The notes: generated by a model not told the origin, from the sequence alone. 64,000 nt of DNA from Nitrospirota bacterium (GCA_963790205.1 CAWBNQ010000003.1:192001-256000); one strand, 5' to 3'; counted from the first letter of the stretch, positions 9,663 to 20,431 are shown. Numbers and translations are program-made.

Positions 9663-10829
9663 TCAGGGGCCGGAAGATCCGGCTTGAACATGTTTTTTCA
9701 AATCATCATCCAGCGTAGCCCAGGTGATGTGAGCGGCAACCGCCCTGAAGATCCGGTGCAGGACCGGGTTGGTATGCAGGCAATAATTGTTGAGCGGAAC
9801 GAGTGAGTGTCCGATTTCCAGCTTGGGCCCGTACCCTGTCTGTCCGCTCTGGAGTTCTTCAGCGCCGATTCGAGCGGCCCACGATACGGCCTCTTCCCAG
9901 AGCCGGAAATACAGGAACCAATCGCCCCGGTAGGCGTAATCCAGCCCGATAAATTTATTGATCACTCTTTTCCCGATGCGAAAACAGAGCATGAACGCCA
10001 CGTACTTCCCCGTGCCGGGATCCCGGAGGAGGATGAAATAGGAATCGGGCTCGGCGGCGATAAGCGAAAAGAACTTCGGGGTGAGTCGTTCAAACTTGGC
10101 CCTGCCGCGCTGATAGGTCTGCCAGAACAGTTCGAATAGTGCGGAGAGCAGCCCTTCATCGGGGGACTGCACGACCGCAACTTCAAGGGCCCCCATTTTC
10201 CGGCTGAGAGCCAGCTTCTTCTTGAGCTTGTAGCGTTTGTTCGAGCGAAGCGATGACAGATAGCTCTCGAAGCTCCCGCCGCTCAGGGGCAGGCGAGCGC
10301 CCGGATAGCTGGTCAATCGGAAAAGCCCGTGAGTCCGGGACAACAGGTCCAGAGCAGGTGACGCATCATCAGGGAAATCCTTCCAAACGATCATGGACGC
10401 TTTGACTTCCCGGGCCCTCAGCGCCGCAGCATCCTGAATGAACGGTGCAACATCGGACAGACCTACCCCGGAGACGAGACCGACGGTGCCTTCGTCAGCG
10501 CAGGGCGAGCCCACGAACACTGTCCGCTGATAGCGCAACCGCGGCATGACGGCTCCTGCGCGAACGAGCGCTTTGGCCACCAGGGGCGGCGCCACAAGGT
10601 CGATGGGAACATTCATGACGAACGTGGGGGCAATGCCGATTGGACTACCTGCCTGTTCCAGAATGGCATAGGCGAAGGTAAATTGGTCTTCCAGTCCGGA
10701 CCGGTCGAGCGCCCGGTACCACCAGCGCCCTTCCAGCGGAGGCGGGAAGCAGCGCTCCCAGAGAGATTGGGGAATAGCATCGGCAGAAGAAAACCATCGG
10801 ATTGCGAGCTTGTCCATTCCAGCCGTCAT
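9663..10829 (-). CDS. GNAT-superfamily (FemAB/BioF2-like) acyltransferase
   Basis: FESYLSSLRSNKRYKLKK, FERLTPKFF, FIGLDY, LYFRLW and QSGQTGYGPKLEIG motifs. GGAGG RBS. Confidence 0.78.
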   Translation of the reverse strand: MTAGMDKLAIRWFSSADAIPQSLWERCFPPPLEGRWWYRALDRSGLEDQFTFAYAILEQAGSPIGIAPTFVMNVPIDLVAPPLVAKALVRAGAVMPRLRYQRTVFVGSPCADEGTVGLVSGVGLSDVAPFIQDAAALRAREVKASMIVWKDFPDDASPALDLLSRTHGLFRLTSYPGARLPLSGGSFESYLSSLRSNKRYKLKKKLALSRKMGALEVAVVQSPDEGLLSALFELFWQTYQRGRAKFERLTPKFFSLIAAEPDSYFILLRDPGTGKYVAFMLCFRIGKRVINKFIGLDYAYRGDWFLYFRLWEEAVSWAARIGAEELQSGQTGYGPKLEIGHSLVPLNNYCLHTNPVLHRIFRAVAAHITWATLDDDLKKHVQAGSSGP

Positions 10830-10840
10830 GAGGCCTCCGG

Positions 10841-11203
10841 TCAGCTTGTGCCGACGATTATGCTTCCCGAAAGGATACAAACAATGCCGATCCACCGATA
10901 GCGGTCCATCTGCTCGGACAGCCAGACGCTGGACAGCAACGCAACCCCGACGTAGGAAAGACAGCCCAGCTGGTATGCAAGGCCCACGTCCAGCCGCTGC
11001 AGGGCGAGCGTCCAGGTGCAGAATTCAAGGAGGAAGCACGCGATGCCGACGACCAGGAATTTGTCGTGAAGGGTAACCAGTTTCCTGATAACGCTTACCC
11101 CCCCCGGATTGCTGTTCGCTGAATGTTTTAACGTAACCTGACCGATGGATTCCAGAACAACGGACGCCAGAACATACGACAAGCCCAGGAGCCTATCATT
11201 CAT
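10841..11203 (-). CDS. SMR/EamA-like small membrane transporter (ArnE-like)
   Basis: 4 TM. ESIGQVTLK, WTLALQRLDVGLAY, WLSEQMDRYRWIGI. Confidence 0.82.
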   Translation of the reverse strand: MNDRLLGLSYVLASVVLESIGQVTLKHSANSNPGGVSVIRKLVTLHDKFLVVGIACFLLEFCTWTLALQRLDVGLAYQLGCLSYVGVALLSSVWLSEQMDRYRWIGIVCILSGSIIVGTS

Positions 11204-11645
11204 CGCCAACCTCCTGCCCGGGATCACGGAGTTGACCGCCGGACGCGCCCCGGGGGGTATGGTGACTGGTCATACTGATAAACCATACGCCGGCCAGGAT
11301 CAATCCCATCCCCGCGATACGTTGCAGGGAAACCCGTTCATGGAAAAGATAGAATGACATTGCTGTCACCGATATCAGACTGAGTGAGGTGATCGGCTGC
11401 GCATAACTGAGGTCGGTCCTCCGCAACACCGCCATCCAGTTCAGGAACTGGGTCAGGACCAAGATCACGACAACGAGGCTCAGCGGCTGACGCAGGACCA
11501 GATTTATAGTGCCAACGGCGCCTGCAAAGGAAGGCACGCCTGCTACCGCGGCCTTCCAACAGATTTGGACCGCCGTATCGAGACTAACAGCTGCTGTAAG
11601 GCCTGCCCAGACGGCCAGCAGTCTTTTGCGATGATCCTGTGTCAT
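11196..11645 (-). CDS. SMR/EamA-like small membrane transporter (ArnF-like)
   Basis: 4 TM. WMAVLRRTDLSYAQPITSL, FHERVSLQRIAGMGLI. Confidence 0.82.
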   Translation of the reverse strand: MTQDHRKRLLAVWAGLTAAVSLDTAVQICWKAAVAGVPSFAGAVGTINLVLRQPLSLVVVILVLTQFLNWMAVLRRTDLSYAQPITSLSLISVTAMSFYLFHERVSLQRIAGMGLILAGVWFISMTSHHTPRGASGGQLRDPGQEVGDE

Positions 11646-11708
11646 GACGATGAGAGAACTCCTTTCGCCGCCGATCTCCTTCCGGCGTTGTGCGCGCAGC
11701 CGGTCCTT

Positions 11709-11765
11709 ACACGTATTTCCCACGGGCGGGACGACGCTCCTGCCGGTACTGGCCGCTCGCCTCAT
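11709..11765 (-). pseudogene. Degenerate N-terminal remnant of a beta-ketoacyl-ACP synthase (FabF/B)
   Basis: MRRAASTGRSVVPPVGNTC resembles the FabF start MRRVxVTGxGVVSPVGNx. Lies immediately after the ACP gene. Confidence 0.45.
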
Positions 11766-11778
11766 GCATACACCCCGG

Positions 11779-12039
11779 TCATACCGCTTTCACATGCTGC
11801 TCGGCGGCCAATCGATCGATGACATCGATCATGTCTTGAATGGAATTGAGCGTTACTTCGCGGTCGGGGATTTTGATGTCGAACTCCTTTTCGAGGGCGA
11901 ACATGAACTCGATCTTATCGAGCGAGTCGAGGCCGAGGCTTTCGATGGTCGCCGCCGGCTGCAGCCGTTCCTCCTCAAAATCAAAATTTTCGAGGAACAG
12001 TTTTTTAATGCGTTCATAGGTGCTCACGGTGTGTTTCAT
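11779..12039 (-). CDS. Acyl carrier protein
   Basis: LGLDSLDKIEFMFALEKEFDIKIPD phosphopantetheine motif. AAGGAG RBS. Confidence 0.92.
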   Translation of the reverse strand: MKHTVSTYERIKKLFLENFDFEEERLQPAATIESLGLDSLDKIEFMFALEKEFDIKIPDREVTLNSIQDMIDVIDRLAAEQHVKAV

Positions 12040-12232
12040 TCTCCTTTTCGTCTGGTTTGTCGGGAAGCCGGTCGTCCCGTCTCCCCGCCGCAATTCCCCC
12101 GTGCGAAAGATAAATTTCTCAAATTTTTCTTCTCGCAACATTTCCCAAGTGCGGCAAAAGTATAGGAGCCCTGGTGTGAAAAATCAACAAAAATATTTTT
12201 TTGAGCGGCGGCGTTGATGCGGCATGACGCCC

Positions 12233-12261
12233 TTGACAACACACAGCGCGGCGCATACACT
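12233..12261 (+). promoter_or_regulatory. sigma70-type promoter for the Lon-like protease
   Basis: TTGACA-17 bp-TACACT. Confidence 0.6.
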
Positions 12262-12295
12262 TTAAGCAGAGAACACGTTGTTCAAGGAGGCTCTT

Positions 12296-14743
12296 GTGGA
12301 CAGCAAAGAACGAGAAGTCCCGATTTCCGAACTCCGCCACGCGAGCGACCCCGCGGAATTCCCTTTCCAGACCACGGCCGAGCTTGCGCTGATGGAAGAG
12401 GTCATCGGCCAGGCGCGGGCGGTGAAGTCGATCGAGTTCGGGCTTTCCATAAAGAACCACGGCTATAATATCTTCGTGTCCGGCGTTCCGGGCACGGGCA
12501 GGAGCACCATCGTCAAGTCCATCGTAAAGCGCATCTCCGCGGACCGTCCGGTCCCGGACGACTGGTGCTATCTCAACAATTTCAAAGATCCCGACCGTCC
12601 CCGTGCCCTCAAGTTTGCGCCGGGCAAAGGGCGCGAGTTCCGGCGCGACGTGGAGAAGTTCATCGAGTTCATGCAGAGCGAGATCCCCAAGGCCTTCGAG
12701 TCCAAAGAGTATGAAGAACAGAAGGCCCGCATCGTGGAAGCCGCCGAAAAGGCGAAAGAGGTCCTCTTCGGCGAGGCCGACCGGCGCGCCCTGGAACTGG
12801 GGTTCCAGCTCACGATCACCCGAACAGGCATCGTCAAGGTGCCGCTCATGAAGGGCAAGCCGCTCCAGCAGCAGGAGCTCGATAACCTCGCGCCCGAGCA
12901 GCGGCATGAGCTCGAGGAGCGCGAAAAGAAGGTCGATGCCGAGATCCGCGATTTCCTGGCCAAGGCGCGCCAGCTCGACAAGGAAGCGCACGAGAAGGTC
13001 CATGAACTGAACCGCCGCGTGGCGCACTTCTCCATGGGGCACCAGCTCGAAGACCTGAGGGAGAAGTACCGCGATAATCCGCGCATCCCGGAATATCTCG
13101 CGGAGGTGGAGGAAGACATTTTGAGCAACCTCCGGGAATTCCTGGGCCAGACGCAGGAGATGCCTTTTCAGATCGAAGGCATGGATAAGACGAGCTTCCT
13201 CGAGCGGTACAAGGTGAACGTGATCGTGGACAACGCCGAGACCCGGGGCGGGCCGGTAGTGGAGGAAGCAAACCCGACGTACATCAATATCGTGGGCCGC
13301 ATCGAGCGCAAGGCGCGCTTCGGCGCGTTCTACACCAACTTCATGATGATCAGGTCCGGGTCCGTGCTCCAGGCCAACGGCGGCTACCTCGTACTGAACG
13401 CCCTCGACGTGCTCCGGAGCCCTTTTACGTGGGACGCGCTCAAGCGGATCATCAAGAAGAATGAAGTGAAGATCGAGGACGCGGCCGAGCTTTACGGCTT
13501 TACGACCGGCGGCATCAAACCCGAACCCATCCCCGTTTCGCTCAAGATCATCATGCTCGGAAGCCCCTGGCTCTATTACCTCCTCTATTATTACGACGAG
13601 GACTTCCGGGAGATCTTCAAGGTCAAGTCGGATTTCGACACCCAGACGCAAAGCTCACGCGACGAAAAAATGCGCTATGCCAATTTCATCGGGAACATGG
13701 TGAAGAACGACGGGCTGCTCCCCTTCGACCGGGGCGCGGTCGCCGGCATCGTGGACCATGCCGTGCGCCTTGCGGAGAAAAAGGAAAAACTCTCGCTCAG
13801 GTTCAGCGACCTCACGGATCTGGTGCGCGAGGCGTCGTACTGGGCCGCAAAAGCCGGGGGCATGACGGTGACCGCCGAGCACGTGGACAAGGCGCTCGAC
13901 GAGAAAGTATACCGCGCGAACCTGGTCGACGAGCGCATCCAGGAGCTTTATGCGGACGGCACCATCATGGTCGACACCACGGGCGCGGTCCCGGCACAGG
14001 TGAACGGCCTTTCGGTCTATGACATCGGAGACTTCGCGTTCGGCAAGCCGTCGAAGATCACGGCGCGCGTGTACCTCGGCAAAGGGGGCGTCATCGACAT
14101 CGAACGCGAGGCCAAACTCTCCGGCCGCATTTACAACAAAGGCGTGCTTATTCTCTCCGGATACCTCGGCGGCGCCTACGCGCAGGACAAACCGCTCTCG
14201 CTCTCGGCGAGCCTGGCCTTCGAACAGAGCTACGGCGACATCGAGGGCGACAGCGCTTCGGCCGCGGAGCTTATAGCCCTCATTTCCGGGATCGCCGAAG
14301 TGCCCGTGAAGCAGAGCATCGCCGTCACGGGCTCGATCAACCAGAAAGGGGAGATCCAGCCCATCGGCGGGGTGAATGAAAAGATCGAGGGCTTTTTCGC
14401 CGTGTGCAAGAACCGGGGTCTCACCGGCGACCAGGGTGTGATCATCCCGCAGAGCAACGTAAAGAACCTCATGCTCAAGAAGGAGATCGTCGGCGCGGTC
14501 AAGGAAGGGAAGTTCCGGGTATACGCCGTCAAGACCGTGCATGAAGCGATCGAGATATTGACCGGCATTCCTGCCGGCGAGCGCCGGACTGACTGGACCT
14601 GGCCGGAGGGTACCGTCAACTTCCTCGTGGACAAGCGCCTCAAGGAGATGGCGAAAAAGCTGAAGGCCGAGGACAAGTCGGAGGGAGAAAAGAAGAAAGA
14701 GGAGAATAACGAAACCGCGCCGAAAAGCAAACAGCCGCGATGA
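12296..14743 (+). CDS. Lon-like (LonB/LonC type) AAA + S16 protease
   Basis: IGQARAV, GVPGTGRST, ANGGYL. Ser-Lys dyad EGDSAS ... GGVNEKIEG. GTG start after AAGGAGG. Confidence 0.9.
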   Translation: MDSKEREVPISELRHASDPAEFPFQTTAELALMEEVIGQARAVKSIEFGLSIKNHGYNIFVSGVPGTGRSTIVKSIVKRISADRPVPDDWCYLNNFKDPDRPRALKFAPGKGREFRRDVEKFIEFMQSEIPKAFESKEYEEQKARIVEAAEKAKEVLFGEADRRALELGFQLTITRTGIVKVPLMKGKPLQQQELDNLAPEQRHELEEREKKVDAEIRDFLAKARQLDKEAHEKVHELNRRVAHFSMGHQLEDLREKYRDNPRIPEYLAEVEEDILSNLREFLGQTQEMPFQIEGMDKTSFLERYKVNVIVDNAETRGGPVVEEANPTYINIVGRIERKARFGAFYTNFMMIRSGSVLQANGGYLVLNALDVLRSPFTWDALKRIIKKNEVKIEDAAELYGFTTGGIKPEPIPVSLKIIMLGSPWLYYLLYYYDEDFREIFKVKSDFDTQTQSSRDEKMRYANFIGNMVKNDGLLPFDRGAVAGIVDHAVRLAEKKEKLSLRFSDLTDLVREASYWAAKAGGMTVTAEHVDKALDEKVYRANLVDERIQELYADGTIMVDTTGAVPAQVNGLSVYDIGDFAFGKPSKITARVYLGKGGVIDIEREAKLSGRIYNKGVLILSGYLGGAYAQDKPLSLSASLAFEQSYGDIEGDSASAAELIALISGIAEVPVKQSIAVTGSINQKGEIQPIGGVNEKIEGFFAVCKNRGLTGDQGVIIPQSNVKNLMLKKEIVGAVKEGKFRVYAVKTVHEAIEILTGIPAGERRTDWTWPEGTVNFLVDKRLKEMAKKLKAEDKSEGEKKKEENNETAPKSKQPR

Positions 14744-15010
14744 TCAATCCCGCCGTTGTTATCTGAGTCTGCCGCAGTGAGGACGGCATTTCAATGAACC
14801 CGCCATGCCCCGTCACGGGCCGTGTAAATCGACCTGCCTCCTCATGCCTCGTCTATAAAGTCTTCCAACGCAGAAAATCCATCGTTCATCCCAATAAAAA
14901 TGATTTGCCGAACGAGTCAAATAAACTTTTCGTTTGATTTTATCCCTGTGTGATGTTATTATTTTCGATGCTGCCCGAAAAGAACGCAATATATTGAGGT
15001 TACGGTAATC

Positions 15011-17473
15011 ATGCTTAAAAAATGGTTTGAGAAAATGAAGGAACTTTCCCGGTCGGCCTGGGAGAAGTTCAAGGTCTTCTGGTTCACCCGTGCCGTGCCG
15101 TGGCTCAAGGCGCTCACGCCGATGAAGGCGCTGAAGCTCCTCGCTGTCGCTTTTGTTGCCGGGGTTCTTTTCGTCGCATTCCTGTTTTTCATTCTCTCCT
15201 TCGGCCTGCCTACGGTCGAGTCGCTCAAGGACTACAAGCCGAGCCCGGGAACGCTCATCCTCGCCGAGGACGGCAGGGTGCTGGGCCAGGTGAAGATCGA
15301 GAAGGGCATCTATGTACCGCTCAAGCGGATCCCCAAGTATATGAAGGACGCCGTTCTGGCCACCGAGGACCCGCGCTTCTATCAGCACGGCGGCATCGAT
15401 TACCGCGGGATCCTGCGTGCGGCGCTCAAGGACATCATGTCGGTCCGTCTGAAGCAGGGCGGCAGCACCATCACGCAGCAGCTCACGAAGGTCGTCTTCC
15501 TCTCGCCGGAACGGAAGTTCACGCGCAAGATCAAGGAGATCATCCTTGCGCGCAGGCTCGAGAAGGAGCTCACCAAGGATGAGATCCTGGAACTCTACTT
15601 GAACAAAGTGTACTTCGGCCACGGCGCCTACGGCGTGCAGATGGCGTCGCAGACTTATTTCGGCAAGAACATCTGGCAGATCAACCAGGCCGAGGCCGCG
15701 CTCCTGGCCGGTCTTCCCAAATCGCCGATGGTCTACTCGCCCTACAGCGACGTGGACCTGACCAAGCTTCGCCAGAGGCAGGTCCTGACGCGCATGGTGG
15801 AGGAGGGGTATCTCACCGAGGAGCAGAGCCAGAGGATCTACGATCAGCCGCTTAATCTCGAGAACATAAGGTCGCAGGAGGACCCGGCCCCCCACCTCGT
15901 GGACTATATCCGCAAATACATCGAGAGGAAGTACGGCACTGAAAAGCTCTACCAGGGAGGGCTCAAGGTTTATACGTCGATCGACTATGACCTGCAGCGC
16001 CAGGCGGTCGCGGCGCTCAGGGACGGCCTCCGCGCTCTTGACAAGCGGCAGGGTTTCCGCGGCAAAGTCGGCTTTAAAAAGCTCAAGGCGACGCCGATCC
16101 AGTGGGGTTCGCTCCACGTGACGGTGAAACCCGGCGAGGGATTCAATGCGCACGTGCTCGCGGTGGGCGACTACTACATCACGGTGAGGGGCCGCGGCCT
16201 GGTGGGCTACATCATGCCGGACGACATGGCCTGGGCGCTCCTTAAGCCGAAGAAGAATAAGAACGATCCCGACGTATTCAGGAAGCCCCAGGAGATCGTC
16301 CAGCCCGGCGATATCATCAAGGTCCGTCTGAAAGACTACGACAAAAAGAAGCAGGTCGCCTCGTTCATCCTCGACCAGGTGCCGCTCGTGGAGGGCGCCG
16401 TGGTGTCGATCGAGCCCTATACCGGGTATGTGCGGGCCATGGTCGGAGGCTACGACTTTGTCGAAGGCGGGTTCAACCACGCCACCGAGGCCATGCGCCA
16501 GCCCGGATCGGCGTTCAAGCCGTTCATCTACGGCGCGGCGCTCGAGAACGGCTTTACCCCGGCTTCTATCCTGATGGACCTGCCGGTGATCCACGAGAAG
16601 AGCGAGTTCGAGAAAAAGGAGTGGAAACCGACGAATTACGACGACCGGTTCCTCGGTCCCATGCGTTTGAGGACTGCGCTCGCGCTCTCGCGGAACGCAT
16701 GCACCGTCGGGCTGCTGGAGAAAATGGGGCTGGACAAGGCCATCGCCTTTGCGCGCAAGGCGGGCATCACGAGCCCGATCAGCTACGATTACACCACGGC
16801 CCTCGGCTCGTCCGCTGTCACGCCGCTCGAGTTGACCTCGGCCTACGCGACCTTTGCTTCCCAGGGCATACGCACCGAGCCGATCATTATCAAGAGCATC
16901 ATCGACGGCAACGGCGCGGTGCTCGAAAACTACGAGCCCCAGCCGGTGGAAGCCATCGACCCGACCACGGCCTATCTGGTCACGAGCCTCCTGGAGAGCG
17001 TGGTGAAGGAGGGCACCGGCAAAGGCGCCCTGTCGCTCGGGAAACCGGTGGCCGGCAAGACAGGCACGACGAATAATTATGTCGACGCATGGTTCATGGG
17101 CTACGCGCCCTCCATCGTGACCGGCGTGTGGGTGGGCTACGACAACCCCAAGGCGTCCCTCGGCGACCGGGAGACCGGCGCCCGCGCGGCGCTTCCCATC
17201 TGGATGTCGGTCATGGCCAAGGCGCTGGCCAACAAACCGGTCCAGGACTTCACGCCGACCGAAGACATCGTATCCGTTAAGATCGACCCCGAGACGGGCC
17301 TGCTCGCGCGCGATGGCGCGGCCGATGCGATCACCGATGTGTTCCGCAAAGGGACCGAGCCCACGCAGTACGCGGACAAGAACGGACAGAAGGGACGCTT
17401 CTACGAGGTCGACCAGGGCGTTCCGGAGGATACGACGAAGAAAAAACTGCCCACTGACGAGGCCCCCGACTAG
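15011..17473 (+). CDS. mrcA: Penicillin-binding protein 1A
   Basis: Transglycosylase EDPRFYQHGG and GGSTITQQL. OB insert. Transpeptidase SAFK, SRN, KTG. Confidence 0.93.
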   Translation: MLKKWFEKMKELSRSAWEKFKVFWFTRAVPWLKALTPMKALKLLAVAFVAGVLFVAFLFFILSFGLPTVESLKDYKPSPGTLILAEDGRVLGQVKIEKGIYVPLKRIPKYMKDAVLATEDPRFYQHGGIDYRGILRAALKDIMSVRLKQGGSTITQQLTKVVFLSPERKFTRKIKEIILARRLEKELTKDEILELYLNKVYFGHGAYGVQMASQTYFGKNIWQINQAEAALLAGLPKSPMVYSPYSDVDLTKLRQRQVLTRMVEEGYLTEEQSQRIYDQPLNLENIRSQEDPAPHLVDYIRKYIERKYGTEKLYQGGLKVYTSIDYDLQRQAVAALRDGLRALDKRQGFRGKVGFKKLKATPIQWGSLHVTVKPGEGFNAHVLAVGDYYITVRGRGLVGYIMPDDMAWALLKPKKNKNDPDVFRKPQEIVQPGDIIKVRLKDYDKKKQVASFILDQVPLVEGAVVSIEPYTGYVRAMVGGYDFVEGGFNHATEAMRQPGSAFKPFIYGAALENGFTPASILMDLPVIHEKSEFEKKEWKPTNYDDRFLGPMRLRTALALSRNACTVGLLEKMGLDKAIAFARKAGITSPISYDYTTALGSSAVTPLELTSAYATFASQGIRTEPIIIKSIIDGNGAVLENYEPQPVEAIDPTTAYLVTSLLESVVKEGTGKGALSLGKPVAGKTGTTNNYVDAWFMGYAPSIVTGVWVGYDNPKASLGDRETGARAALPIWMSVMAKALANKPVQDFTPTEDIVSVKIDPETGLLARDGAADAITDVFRKGTEPTQYADKNGQKGRFYEVDQGVPEDTTKKKLPTDEAPD

Positions 17474-17479
17474 ACAAAC

Positions 17480-17504
17480 ATTGCGGAATGCGGATTGCGG
17501 ATTT
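17480..17504 (+). repeat. 7-mer tandem (ATTGCGG AATGCGG ATTGCGG)
   Basis: Intergenic between mrcA and ileS. A reverse-complement copy lies at about 43253-43271. Confidence 0.65.
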
Positions 17505-17526
17505 AGGTGTGAGAGAGGCTGGCTGA

Positions 17527-20311
17527 ATGGATTACAAGACAACATTGAATTTGCCCAAGACCGATTTCCCGATGAAGGCGAACCTGAAGGACCTCGAACC
17601 GCGCATGATCGGGAAGTGGCAGCAGGAAAAAATATACGAGCTCATCCAGAACCAGGCCTCCGGGCGGAAAAGCTATATCCTGCACGACGGCCCGCCCTAC
17701 GCGAACGGCCATATCCACATCGGCCATGCGCTTAATAAGATCCTCAAAGACATCATCGTGAAGTTCAAGTCCATGGAGGGCTATAAAAGCCCCTACGTGC
17801 CGGGCTGGGACTGCCACGGCCTGCCGATCGAACACCAGGTTTTGAAGACCCTCGGCCCGAAGAAAGAGGGCATGAGCCAGAACGAGGTCCGCAAGCTCTG
17901 CCGCGAATATGCGGAAAAGTTCATCGACATCCAGCGCGAGGAGTTCAAGCGGCTGGGCGTGTTCGGCGACTGGGAGAACCCCTACCTCACCATGAATTTC
18001 AGCTACGAGGCCGCGATCGTGCGCGAGCTGGGGAAGTTCGTTGGAAACGGGGGCCTCTATAAAGGAAAGAAGCCTGTGTACTGGTGCGGGTTCGACGAAA
18101 CAGCCCTTGCCGAGGCCGAGGTGGAGTATGCGGACCATGAATCCCCGTCGGTGTACGTGCGGTTCGACCTGCCCGAGGCAGGAAAGGCGCTCCCGGCCCT
18201 GAGCGGCAAAGAAGTCTCGCTCGTTATTTGGACCACGACCCCCTGGACGCTCGTCGCGAACCTGGCCGTTGCGCTCCATCCCGAGTTCGATTACGTTGCC
18301 GTTGAGGCCCACGGACGCGTGCTCATTCTGGCCGAAGGGCTCTTGAAACAGGCAATGGAGAAGTTCGGCATCAAGCATTACACCGTTATCGAGAAGTTCA
18401 AGGGCAAAAAACTCGAAAGGCTCAAGGCGCACCACCCTTTCATCGAACGGGACTCCCTCGTCATCCTGGGCGATCACGTGACCCTGGAGGCGGGAACCGG
18501 CGTTGTGCACACTGCTCCGGGCCACGGCCAGGAAGACTACGAAGTCGGATTGAAATACGGCCTGGATGTTTATGCGCCTGTCGATCACAAGGGACGGTTC
18601 ACGAAGGAGGCGGGAGAGTTCGCGGGCCAGCACGTGTTCAAGGCGAACAAGGGCATCATCGAGCTGCTCAAAAGCAGGAACGCGCTTTTGGCGGAGGAAA
18701 AATTTTCCCACTCCTATCCCCACTGCTGGCGGTGCAAGACACCCCGTGATCTTCCGGGCCACGGAGCAGTGGTTCATCTCCATGAAGACGAACGACCTGC
18801 TCAAAAAGACCGTCGAGAACATCCACAAGGTCAGCTGGGTGCCTGCTTGGGGCAAGGACCGGATCCTGGGCATGATGGAGGGCCGTCCGGACTGGTGCAT
18901 TTCGCGCCAGCGGGCATGGGGTGTGCCGATCATCGCTTTTACCTGCAAAGCGTGCAACGAGCTTCTCCTCGATCAGAACGTTGTAAACCACGTGGCGGAC
19001 ATCGTGGAAAAAGAGGGCGCCGACGCGTGGTTCGTAAGGACGCCGGCAGAACTGCTCCCGACGGGCGCGAAATGCAAAAAGTGCAACAGCGCGGAGCTCA
19101 CGAAGGAGATGGACATCCTCGATGTCTGGTTCGACTCCGGCGTGAGCCACGCGGCCGTGCTCAAAGCGCGCAAGGACCTTTCCTGGCCTGCCGACATGTA
19201 CCTCGAAGGAAGCGACCAGCACCGGGGATGGTTCCAGTCGTCGCTCCTCACGTCGGTCGCGACCACGGGCCGGGCGCCGTACCGCACCGTGCTGACCCAC
19301 GGTTTTACCGTGGACGGATCGGGCAAGAAGATGAGCAAGTCCTCGGGCAACGTGGTAGCTCCGCAGGAAGTGATCGACAAATACGGGGCCGAGGTTTTGA
19401 GGCTCTGGGTGTCGGCCGCAGACTACCGGGACGACATCAGGATCTCCCAGGAGATCCTTACGCATCTGGCCGAGGCTTATCGCCGCATTCGGAACACGAG
19501 CCGTTACCTCCTCGGGAACCTTTCGGACTTCGATCCCGATGCGGACAGAGTTTCCGACAAGGACCTCCTCGAGATCGACCGCTGGGCGCTGCATCGTTTG
19601 CAGAAGCTCATCCAGCGCGTGGAAAAGGCCTATGACGATTTCGAATTCCACGTGGTGTTCCACTCGCTCCATAATTTCTGCGCCGTGGACATGAGCGCCT
19701 TCTACCTCGACATTCTCAAGGACCGGCTTTATACGGCGAAGGCGAAGTCCCTTGAGCGGCGCTCCGGCCAGACGACGATGCACATGGTCCTTTCGTCGAT
19801 CATACGGCTCATGGCGCCGGTGCTCTCCTTTACCGCCGATGAGGTGTGGAGCTACATGAACGGCCGCTCGCAGGACAAGAGCGTGTTCCTCGCGCCCTTC
19901 CCCAAGGTGGAAGACAAATATATCGATGGCACACTTGAAGCGCGTTGGGACAAGATCCTTGCAATGCGCGGCGAAGCCGCTAAAGTGCTTGAAGCGCTCC
20001 GGCGGGACAAAAAGATCGGCCACTCGCTGGACGCCGGCGTTACCCTTTACGCCGGCCCCGAACTCTACGAGTTCCTGGATGGGTACAAGAAGGACCTGGC
20101 GTTCATCTTCATCGTCTCGTCCGTCGAGATCGCGAAGGAGTCCGATGCTCCGGCAGACGCGTTTACAAGCGAACTTGTCAAGGGACTCAGGATCGCCGCC
20201 GGTCCGGCGAAGGGCACGAAGTGCGGCCGGTGCTGGATGTATCAGGAAAGCGTCGGTACCGTGAAGGAGCACCCCGGGATCTGCGGCAGATGCGCGGGTA
20301 ATTTGGGATAA
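17527..20311 (+). CDS. ileS: Isoleucine--tRNA ligase, interrupted by one +1 frameshift (extra C in CCCC at 18742-18745)
   Basis: Frame 1 has HIGH, GWDCHGLP and HSYPHCWRCK. Frame 2 has PVIFRATEQWF, DWCISRQR, KMSKS and the C-terminal Zn finger. Removing one C joins them. Confidence 0.95.
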
Positions 20312-20313
20312 GT

Positions 20314-20391
20314 CGATGAAGATGAGAAGATATGAAGCTGTGAAGTTGAGGAAAGTCCTCTCTTCTTAACTTCCCAATTTCCTAACTTCCT
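20314..20391. repeat. Two-armed 8-mer repeat (GAAGATGA/GAAGCTGT/GAAGTTGA ... CTTAACTT/CCTAACTT)
   Basis: Intergenic between ileS and lspA. Confidence 0.7.
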
Positions 20392-20431
20392 GGAGCGGGT
20401 ATAATCGTCGCGTAATAAGCTGGAGCATAAT

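Noticed and set aside
12470..12510. Walker A GTGRS (K>R) as inactivation of the Lon-like protease
   Set aside because: Degenerate Walker motifs are common in LonC-type proteins, and the protease dyad is intact.
14813..17545. 910-aa minus-strand ORF and similar long antisense ORFs (12119-13651, 18668-20272, 38854-40926, 3636-4856)
   Set aside because: These are shadow frames opposite well-supported genes in GC-rich DNA, with no recognisable motifs.
18746..19635. C-terminal part of the 702-aa ORF as a novel domain
   Set aside because: It is out-of-frame read-through after the ileS frameshift.
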